This document shows positions 28,678-35,416 of a DNA stretch of 64,000 nucleotides, piece after piece (the stretch's first letter is position 1; each line of letters begins with the position of its first letter). This DNA is from an uncultured Gammaproteobacteria bacterium (lineage in GTDB: Bacteria; Patescibacteriota; Patescibacteriia; S139-126): positions 17,743-81,742 of the forward strand of contig CAZBLW010000001.1 of NCBI GenBank assembly GCA_964493305.1. The letters run 5' to 3'. The translations under genes were made by a program, and so were the position numbers. The notes under the pieces are model-generated. The model had not been told where the DNA came from. It saw only the letters and a list, made by a program, of their open reading frames with translations, and did not search any database.

Positions 28678-28886
28678 GATTGCATTATTTTATTTAGAAC
28701 CTCTTGGGCAGTTTGATTTTGTTTTTGTTTGTACTCAGCTTGAGTTGTAAATTCAATCACTATATTATCGCCAACAGTAATCTGCGCAGGCAAAATAGAT
28801 GTGCTAACAGTAATTTGTTCGCCGTTACTTAGTTGAATTTGTGCTTGCTGGTTATTGATTTGTTTGATAGTGGCTTCAATCATCAA
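28674..28886 (-). CDS. small hypothetical protein
   Basis: 70 aa. Overlaps both neighbours by 4 and 11 nt (translational coupling). No recognisable motif. Confidence 0.35.
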   Translation of the reverse strand: MMIEATIKQINNQQAQIQLSNGEQITVSTSILPAQITVGDNIVIEFTTQAEYKQKQNQTAQEVLNKIMQS

Positions 28887-29355
28887 TTTTTACTTTTATA
28901 GAAACAGCTTTAGTTGGTTTGGCTTTTGGCAAGATAACTGTCAAAATGCCATTTTTTAATTCAGCTTTGGTTTCTTCGATTTTTACTTCTACTGGCAAAA
29001 TTATAGAACGAGAAAATGAACCCCAATAACATTCTTGATAAAAATAATCTTCTTGTTTGATACTAGTATCGGCTTCACGTTTTCCCTTGATAGTCAGCAG
29101 ATCGTTTTGTAAAGATATATCAATATCTTCAGGTTTGACACCGGCAATGGTAGATTTGATAATAATATTATCCTTATCTTGAAATACATCGACCGACAAC
29201 TGACCTTCAACGTCTTCATCTAACCATTCTTGGTTATTGTTGGCGGTAGTAGCAGTAGGAGTAAGTTGGGAAAAATCATCTGACTCATTGGTCTTTTCAT
29301 CGACCAGGTCGTTTTGGTCTTTGGCTTTGCTAAATAGATTTTTAATTTTGGCCAT
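28876..29355 (-). CDS. Hsp20/alpha-crystallin-family small heat-shock protein
   Basis: Alpha-crystallin domain pattern: LSVDVFQDKDNIIIKSTIAGVKPEDIDISLQNDLLTIKGKRE...GSFSRSIILPVEV...NGILTVILPK. Confidence 0.85.
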   Translation of the reverse strand: MAKIKNLFSKAKDQNDLVDEKTNESDDFSQLTPTATTANNNQEWLDEDVEGQLSVDVFQDKDNIIIKSTIAGVKPEDIDISLQNDLLTIKGKREADTSIKQEDYFYQECYWGSFSRSIILPVEVKIEETKAELKNGILTVILPKAKPTKAVSIKVKIDD

Positions 29356-29499
29356 AAAATTTATTTAATAAATAAAATGTATATACATTATAATAAATAT
29401 GTAAGTTACAGGCAAACGTTCTAGGCTAGGGTTGATTTATTTTAAATTTTTGTTAGTATAATTAGGTTATAGCTTAGTTTACGGTTGAGAAATGATTAT

Positions 29500-29590
29500 G
29501 GCGCCATCGTCCCCGCCTCGCCTTGACGAGCAAGGCGAGTCGAGGCGGGCCAGCCTCGACTAGACTGCGAGGCTAGGCGGGTAGGAGGTT
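29500..29590 (+). repeat. GC-rich nested-hairpin module beginning with a 12-nt copy of the tRNA-Glu 5' end (GGCGCCATCGTC) and ending in AGGAGG
   Basis: Perfect 9-bp stem CTCGCCTTG/CAAGGCGAG and 7-bp stem AGCCTCG/CGAGGCT, strongly GC-rich in an AT-rich window. The 16-nt stretch ttatGGCGCCATCGTC is identical at 29496-29511 and at 29856-29871, the start of the real tRNA-Glu. Confidence 0.7.
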
Positions 29591-29609
29591 AGATAAAATC
29601 TACTTTTTT

Positions 29610-29855
29610 ATGTATACTATTTACTGGTTAATAAATGAACAAAGAAATAAAACCTACATTGGTTTAAGTAAAAATTTTAAACAAAGAATATTGGAACATA
29701 AAAGTAAAAAAGTTAAAACTACGATTAATTTTGGAAATTTTACTTACCACATATTGGAAAAGATAGATGTTATAACTAAAGCACGGCAAAGAGAAAAATA
29801 TTGGAAATCATCTGCCGGTAGAAGAAAATTGAAAAATTTATATAAAAATATTTAG
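29610..29855 (+). CDS. small GIY-YIG nuclease-superfamily protein (YhbQ/UPF0213-like)
   Basis: 81 aa. N-terminal YTIYWL...KTYIGLSKNFKQRILEHK (GIY-YIG ... R ... H) and C-terminal REKYWKSSAGRRKLKNL. It is a paralog of the 54707-54979 protein. Confidence 0.75.
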   Translation: MYTIYWLINEQRNKTYIGLSKNFKQRILEHKSKKVKTTINFGNFTYHILEKIDVITKARQREKYWKSSAGRRKLKNLYKNI

Positions 29856-29859
29856 TTAT

Positions 29860-29934
29860 GGCGCCATCGTCTAGGGGTTAGGACACCAGGTTTTCATCCT
29901 GGTAACCGGGGTTCGATTCCCCGTGGCGCTACCA
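29860..29934 (+). tRNA. tRNA-Glu (anticodon TTC), CCA encoded
   Basis: GGCGCCA-UC-GUCU-AGGGGUUAGGAC-ACCAGG-UUUUCAU-CCUGGU-AACCGGGG-UUCGAUU-CCCCG-UGGCGCU-A-CCA. Confidence 0.85.
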
Positions 29935-29943
29935 TAAAAAATT

Positions 29944-29970
29944 CATTCATTTTGTGAATGGATTTTTTAT
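29944..29970 (+). terminator. rho-independent terminator after tRNA-Glu
   Basis: CATTCA-tttgt-TGAATG followed by GATTTTTTATTTG. Confidence 0.55.
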
Positions 29971-29978
29971 TTGTAATA

Positions 29979-30121
29979 GCAGGGGAATCGAACGGGCAGG
30001 AATGAGCAACGAAATTTAGTTCGGAAGCGAATGTCGCACAAAGCGAGCGAGCGTAGCTTTGTGCGCTGCCCAGGGCAAGTCCCGCTAATAGCGGGACGCG
30101 GAATTCCCCGTGGCGCTACCA
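29979..30121 (+). repeat. second GC-rich nested-hairpin module ending in a 20-nt copy of the tRNA-Glu 3' end including CCA
   Basis: 10-bp perfect inverted repeat CGCACAAAGC/GCTTTGTGCG (30035-30065) and 7-bp GTCCCGC/GCGGGAC (30079-30097). 30102-30121 (ATTCCCCGTGGCGCTACCA) matches the tRNA-Glu 3' end. The 24-nt motif AGGGGAATCGAAC(C)GGGCAGGAATG is repeated at 29981-30004 and 30176-30198. Confidence 0.7.
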
Positions 30122-30273
30122 AGAGAAAAGGATTTAATTTTGAATTATGTCCTTTTTTCTTTGTCAGATTTTAGAGGGGAATCGAACCGGCAGGAATGCC
30201 CGCAGGCTGGCTTTTGTAAATTTTTTTAATAAAAAACTGCTGGCATTTGTGTCAGCAGTATAAAAGATTATAG

Positions 30274-30507
30274 TTATAAAATAATATAAAGTGTGGAAAT
30301 AATAAGAAAAAATCCGACGATTTCCATCCAGATGGAATTTTCTATTTTTTTGATCGGCCCAAACCAGCCATAAAAAAATGAAAACAAACCGATTAGCAAA
30401 CCAATATAACTTGAAATATTTATTATATTCACTGGTATCTCCTGTAAAATAATTGTTAAGGAAATTGATTGATACAAAATCTTAGTAAGATTTACATAAC
30501 TTGTCAA
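30274..30507 (-). CDS. small membrane protein (2 TM helices)
   Basis: 77 aa, hydrophobic. A 7-bp hairpin plus T-rich tract lies downstream (30238-30265 on the minus strand). Confidence 0.4.
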   Translation of the reverse strand: MTSYVNLTKILYQSISLTIILQEIPVNIINISSYIGLLIGLFSFFYGWFGPIKKIENSIWMEIVGFFLIISTLYIIL

Positions 30508-30597
30508 ATTTGATTAGCAATATTTTTTTACCTTGACGAGGGTTAATTTTAATGTTATTTTAAGTTGAATTTTCTTTAAAAATCAAAAGGTAAAAAT

Positions 30598-30906
30598 ATG
30601 TTATTAGTGAAATCAGATTTCGATAGATTGGAGGAACACGCCGCCATGCATTTGGCTGACGATGAGGAAGTAGGTATAATCTGGCGTTGTCTTCAGACCA
30701 AGGCAACAATTTTATTTGTAGACTTTGAGCTTGAGGTTGATTATGGCATAGCAATAAAATCAGTGACAATTGATCGTCCGTATTGCCCCGAGTGCAATCC
30801 CCAAGCCAAAGACAAACCAGATATATTTTTACCCAGTTTAATCGAACCGTTACCTTACCAATATTTGATAAGCATACCTCGCCATCCAAATTTAAAACCG
30901 ATTTAA
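30598..30906 (+). CDS. hypothetical acidic protein with a CPEC motif
   Basis: 102 aa with AAAGG 10 nt upstream of the ATG. Preferred over the overlapping antisense ORF 30560..30889, which is W/C-rich and not protein-like. Confidence 0.35.
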   Translation: MLLVKSDFDRLEEHAAMHLADDEEVGIIWRCLQTKATILFVDFELEVDYGIAIKSVTIDRPYCPECNPQAKDKPDIFLPSLIEPLPYQYLISIPRHPNLKPI

Positions 30907-31092
30907 AAAAATCGGTTTTTCTTATGTTAAATTATGTAAAATAGGTTCACACTAGGTGCTATTTTGTAATCCCTTGATTGAAGAGTTAAAGTTGTGGGTT
31001 GAGTCAATGGTAATGTGTTAATATTGACTTTTTCGTGAAAATATGCTATTATATCAAATTAAAGTTTTTTAAAAATAAAAAGGAATAAAGTA

Positions 31093-31383
31093 ATGATAGA
31101 AAAAAAATTAAAAATATTATTAAGCAATAATCAAACAAAAGAAATAATTTTTGAAATTGATGAAAACGGTTATACTCGTTTTCAAAGTGTAGCAATTAAA
31201 ATTTTAAACAAACAAAATCAATATGCTAGTAGGTATGTAGACGGTGCCTTCGGAGAATATCCAAATTTAGGAGAAGGATTAAGAATTAAAGGTAAATCTG
31301 ATGATTACCACGAAATGAAAATACATATTGATGATATTGAAGAATTCTGTAAAAGATATTTTGATTATATAAAAAATAGCTAA
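31093..31383 (+). CDS. hypothetical protein
   Basis: 96 aa with a good AAGGA RBS. Followed by a hairpin and T-run terminator at 31388-31416. Confidence 0.45.
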   Translation: MIEKKLKILLSNNQTKEIIFEIDENGYTRFQSVAIKILNKQNQYASRYVDGAFGEYPNLGEGLRIKGKSDDYHEMKIHIDDIEEFCKRYFDYIKNS

Positions 31384-31439
31384 ATTTAAACCGCCCTTCT
31401 CGGAGCGGTTTTTTCTATGTAAAACTATATAAAATGGAG

Positions 31440-31830
31440 TAGCTAGCGGAAATCGAAATGGTATGAATTATTGACTAATTTTTAACCCTGATATATAAAT
31501 AATACACAAAAAGTTCATTGCATTTTGCCAAAAGCATGGAAAGAGGAAAGTACCACTGACACCATTTCACAGGGAGGGTTTAGCTAGACTGAGACTAAAC
31601 CTGAAACAGGCCAGGCCGGGAAGTTCCCTCTGGAGCTGGATAACTGAAAATTTAGTAGGTTATCACGGGCGTTCCCGTTACAGAACTAACATATTTCTTT
31701 TTGAGTATGTGAAAGCGTTCTGAAAATTTTTTCAGAAAAATTAAGGTGGTACCGCGGATAGCGTTTGGAAAAGCGCTCTTCGTCCTTAAGTCAAATCTTG
31801 GATTTGAGGACAAAGAGCGCTTTTTATTTT
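31440..31830 (+). promoter_or_regulatory. T-box riboswitch leader (stem III, F-box, T-box sequence, terminator)
   Basis: T-box core AAGGTGGTACCGCGG at 31743-31757 against the consensus AGGGUGGNACCGCG. F-box CCGTTA at 31675-31680. Stem III TTCTGAAAA/TTTTCAGAA at 31718-31737. A 14-bp terminator stem GCGCTCTTCGTCCT/AGGACAAAGAGCGC plus T-run at 31773-31830 overlaps the antiterminator 3' side. Confidence 0.7.
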
Positions 31831-31862
31831 GCACATTAACAAACTAAATGTAAGGAGTAGTT

Positions 31863-32057
31863 ATGGAAAAGGTAGAAAAAAAACAAGCCGAATCACTTTT
31901 GATCAATCAATCCCATCAGTCGGATACCAAATTAAAACCAGAATTCAGACAAGGTATTTGTTCGGAAAAATACAATCAGAAATTGGTTGATCAATATAAA
32001 GAAGTGATTGAAAAAATCTTAGCAGAAGTGAGAGGCAAAAATTCACACGCCTGCTAA
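31863..32057 (+). CDS. small ORF (64 aa) downstream of the T-box leader, function unknown
   Basis: AGGAG RBS 8 nt upstream. Followed by the bidirectional terminator 32061-32088 (9-bp stem CCCCTCAAG/CTTGAGGGG). Confidence 0.4.
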   Translation: MEKVEKKQAESLLINQSHQSDTKLKPEFRQGICSEKYNQKLVDQYKEVIEKILAEVRGKNSHAC

Positions 32058-32103
32058 CAAAAACCCCTCAAGAGTCTTGAGGGGTTTTAATATTGGGAAA
32101 AAT

Positions 32104-33618
32104 TTATTCCAACAGATCGCCAGTTTGGTAAGTGTCCAGATCTTTAGCAGAGACTATGCCAATTGGTTGATATTGTAGATTGTTGTTAGATAAGGCAGTG
32201 CTATTTTTGATAGGTCTTTTAAGGCTTTCTTGCAATAAATAAACAGTTGGTTTATTGGCTTCTTTAACCAATACAATGTCAGGATAAGCCGCTAGGTCGT
32301 TTTCACTGATAGTAATAACTTTTTTGAAAGAATTATCGCGGTAAGAGTAAAAAGCATTTTCGCTCAAAATAACTTTTTTTCTTTGGTAATTATGATAAAG
32401 AAAATAAACAGCCGAACTATCTGGAGTTTTTACTAGTTTAGCCTCAGGGTATCTAGCTAATTCTTTAGCGCTTATAGTTTTGACCTGTGACCAGCTAAAA
32501 CCATAACCAGTAAAGATACTAGGGGATTTGATTAAATATTTTTGGTTTTTGACAAGGACATAAATGTTATTATCCCCACTAGCTTTAACTAGTTGATAGC
32601 TTTGTCCGTAAAAATTTTTTTGGCTATCATTTCCATATTCGTATCCCAAAACTTTTGGAGTTCTGGTTTGAAAAGAGATATCATTGGTTTCAAATTTTTT
32701 GCCAAACACATCACGACAGTATATCCGATATTGGTAGTCAGTACCAGTTTTTAGATCCTCAGCGATAAAGGAGTGTTCCCAAGTTTCATATCCAGTTTCC
32801 ACCAACTTTTTTTTGTATTTATTTTTCTCACCATATAAAAACTCACAATAAGCGGGTCGGGAAGTTAACCAGCTGGCCTTAATACTAACATCCGTAATAA
32901 AAGAGTCATTGTTGGACAAGGGTTTTTGGTTAAGCAGTTTTAAAGCCTCACTATCTGCTTGAGACCTAGTTGTAAAGTTGAGTACAGCGGTTTTGGTGGT
33001 GTTTTTACTAGTATCAGTGATAGTTACTTCATAATAATAAGTAGTATTTGGCTGCAGGCGGGATAAATTAATTTTAGCTTGAAAATCTTTGTTTTTATCA
33101 GAACTGGTACGAGCAGATTTGCTTTGTGATAAATCAGAGTAAAGGCTGTATTTTACTTCCGCACTTGTTTGTTCATTGGTTTGCCAAATTAAAAATGCAT
33201 TTGTATTATCAACGTATAAAATTTTCGGTATCGCCAAAAATGTCGGTGCTTTAGTATCAACAAATTTTTCTACTTTATAGTTGAAGGCAAATGAAATAAC
33301 TCTTTCTCCGGTAGCACTTTCGGCAATCACCCGATAATGATAAGTAGTTTTTTCTTTGGGCAATAAAATAGTTGCCTCTTGATAAGTGTTAAGGGTATTG
33401 GCGTGACTTACCCATAAATATTTTTCTGGTTCCAGTCCCACCTGTAACCAACCTTGAGCCGGTTGACTGGTTGTCCACTGGATAGTCAATTGGTTGTTAT
33501 CCAATTCTTTTACACCAATATTTAAAAATTCCAAATTAGCCGCTTGTGCTTGATAAACATCAAAATTACTAGCGGTTAAAATAAATAATATTAATAAAAT
33601 TGTTTTAAGTGATTTCAT
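32104..33618 (-). CDS. secreted protein with tandem fibronectin-type-III-like beta-sandwich repeats
   Basis: 504 aa. N-terminal signal peptide (MKSLKTILLILFILTASNFDVYQAQA) and repeated TTYYYEVTI / TTYHYRVIA motifs. Confidence 0.5.
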   Translation of the reverse strand: MKSLKTILLILFILTASNFDVYQAQAANLEFLNIGVKELDNNQLTIQWTTSQPAQGWLQVGLEPEKYLWVSHANTLNTYQEATILLPKEKTTYHYRVIAESATGERVISFAFNYKVEKFVDTKAPTFLAIPKILYVDNTNAFLIWQTNEQTSAEVKYSLYSDLSQSKSARTSSDKNKDFQAKINLSRLQPNTTYYYEVTITDTSKNTTKTAVLNFTTRSQADSEALKLLNQKPLSNNDSFITDVSIKASWLTSRPAYCEFLYGEKNKYKKKLVETGYETWEHSFIAEDLKTGTDYQYRIYCRDVFGKKFETNDISFQTRTPKVLGYEYGNDSQKNFYGQSYQLVKASGDNNIYVLVKNQKYLIKSPSIFTGYGFSWSQVKTISAKELARYPEAKLVKTPDSSAVYFLYHNYQRKKVILSENAFYSYRDNSFKKVITISENDLAAYPDIVLVKEANKPTVYLLQESLKRPIKNSTALSNNNLQYQPIGIVSAKDLDTYQTGDLLE

Positions 33619-33698
33619 ATTTATATTCTAAAAACATTCAATCTTAGCATATTTTTTGGCTTTTGTCAAGACTAGTTGGTTTGTGCTAACTTAATTAT

Positions 33699-34739
33699 AT
33701 GGCATATATTTTAGGTATAGAAACATCTTGTGATGAAACCGCGGCGGCGGTAATTGCAGCTAATAAAAAACAGATTACTGTTTTGTCGCACGTAGTTAAT
33801 TCACAAATAAAAATTCACGAACAATTTGGTGGCGTTGTCCCCGAAGTGGCGGCCCGACAACACATAGTCAACATTTTGCCGATAATCAACCAAGCTTTAA
33901 AACAAGCTGATTTAAATATAGAAAAAATAACTGCCATCGCCGGAACACAAGGACCGGGTTTGGTTGGTTCTTTGATGGTTGGTTTTGAAACTGCCAAAAC
34001 TTTAGCGTGGTTAAAAAACTTACCTTTATATGAAGTTAATCACTTAGTAGGTCATCTGTGGTCGTGGTTATTGCCAACAGCAGGTGAATCAAAACCCCTA
34101 CAAATTATTTATCCGTTTTTAGCTTTGGTGGTTTCGGGTGGTCATACAGAATTGGTTTTGGTCAAAAGCGCAACTGACTATCAAATAGTCGGACAAACCC
34201 TGGATGATGCTGCTGGTGAAGCTTTTGATAAAGCTGCTAAAATTTTGAATTTAGGTTATCCGGGTGGACCTATTTTAAGCAAACGTGCTGTTACTGGCGA
34301 TCCGCAAGCTCATTCCTTTCCCCGGCCGCTACTACAACATAAGGATTTTAATTTTTCTTTTTCTGGTTTAAAAACATCTTTGCTATACAGATTAAAAGAC
34401 TTTACTGAATTGGATGATCAATTGATAAATGATTTGTGTGCCAGTTGGCAAGCTGCTGTAGTCGAAGTATTGGTTGAAAAAACCATCCGGGCAGCCGCAT
34501 TTTATCAGGTTAAAGCCGTAGCTGTAGTAGGCGGAGTAAGTGCCAACCAATCTCTGCGTCAAGCCATGGCTATTCGCTGTCAGGAAAATGATTGGGAATT
34601 ATTGTTGCCAGCTCTAACCTACACTGGCGACAATGCCACCATGATTGCTTTGGCCGGATTTATGACTTATGATATAGGACAAACTAAGTTAAATAAAAAT
34701 TTTATCTCATCAGCAGTTAATCCGAATTTAAATATATGA
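33699..34739 (+). CDS. tsaD: tRNA N6-adenosine threonylcarbamoyltransferase TsaD (Kae1/Gcp family)
   Basis: ILGIETSCDETAAAV N-terminus and HxxGH metal motif (VNHLVGHLW). Confidence 0.9.
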   Translation: MAYILGIETSCDETAAAVIAANKKQITVLSHVVNSQIKIHEQFGGVVPEVAARQHIVNILPIINQALKQADLNIEKITAIAGTQGPGLVGSLMVGFETAKTLAWLKNLPLYEVNHLVGHLWSWLLPTAGESKPLQIIYPFLALVVSGGHTELVLVKSATDYQIVGQTLDDAAGEAFDKAAKILNLGYPGGPILSKRAVTGDPQAHSFPRPLLQHKDFNFSFSGLKTSLLYRLKDFTELDDQLINDLCASWQAAVVEVLVEKTIRAAAFYQVKAVAVVGGVSANQSLRQAMAIRCQENDWELLLPALTYTGDNATMIALAGFMTYDIGQTKLNKNFISSAVNPNLNI

Positions 34740-35158
34740 TTAGAACTAGTTATTCTATCCACGATACCAGAAGAATCGCCAGAGAAATTTTACGTCAGCT
34801 GGGTAGGCGCCATATTATTTTATTGAGCGGTCAGTTGGGTACTGGAAAAACCGTCACCGTCCAAGCCATGGCTGAAGAATTAGGTGTTAACGATGATGTC
34901 AACAGTCCAACTTATGTTTTAATGAAAATTTATCCCTTAAACAACCGTGAATTTGATCGTTTGGTACATGTTGATTTATATCGAATTGAGTACAATCAAG
35001 ATACAGATGAGTTGGGGCTAACTGATTACTTACAAGATGAGCGCTCCCTGGTTATGGTTGAATGGCCCGAACGGATTTTAGGCAGTTGGCCCAGTGATGC
35101 TTTGTTGGTTCAATTTGATTATGGTGACAAAGAAACTATTCGTACCATTGACTTTTGA
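34736..35158 (+). CDS. tsaE: tRNA threonylcarbamoyladenosine biosynthesis ATPase TsaE
   Basis: 140 aa, P-loop LSGQLGTGKT. Overlaps the tsaD stop. Confidence 0.8.
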   Translation: MIRTSYSIHDTRRIAREILRQLGRRHIILLSGQLGTGKTVTVQAMAEELGVNDDVNSPTYVLMKIYPLNNREFDRLVHVDLYRIEYNQDTDELGLTDYLQDERSLVMVEWPERILGSWPSDALLVQFDYGDKETIRTIDF

Positions 35159-35164
35159 TAGGCA

Positions 35165-35382
35165 ATTTAATAATCTGTTAGTACAAGTAAATAACAGACC
35201 TTCATTGGGAGTTAATGTCGCCCAATGTGTCGGCAGCAGAAAATTTATTTTAAATTAGTAGACCTGCCCGGGGTACGCCCGTTACAGCGTCCAAATCAAG
35301 TTTTTCAATTTTTTGAAAAATCGAGATGGTACCGTCCCTGTTTTGGGACTCTCGAAACACCTTAGGGGTGTTTTATTTTTTT
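35165..35382 (+). promoter_or_regulatory. T-box riboswitch leader of valS
   Basis: F-box CCGTTA at 35279-35284. Stem III TTTTCAA/TTGAAAA at 35302-35319. T-box-like GATGGTACCGTC at 35324-35336. Terminator AACACC-ttag-GGTGTT plus T9 at 35356-35382. Confidence 0.55.
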
Positions 35383-35416
35383 AGAGTAAAATTACTAAAT
35401 ATGCTAGGATAAATCT

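Noticed and set aside
29500-30121. Group I intron or split tRNA-Glu gene
   Set aside because: The 5' copy is only 12 nt and the 3' copy only 20 nt, so they do not meet at an anticodon-loop position. A complete tRNA-Glu lies between them.
30560-30889. 109-aa minus-strand ORF
   Set aside because: It is antisense to a more protein-like plus-strand ORF with an RBS, and its composition is W/C-rich and low complexity.
31440-31834. RNase P RNA, SRP RNA or tmRNA in the ~400-nt non-coding region (the CAGGCCAGGCCGGGAAG stretch resembles SRP helix 8), and the 60-aa antisense ORF 31652..31834
   Set aside because: The P4 and tRNA-like ends are missing, and the SRP-like match does not extend. The T-box and F-box consensus, stem III and terminator fit a T-box leader much better. 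The antisense ORF lies inside that leader.
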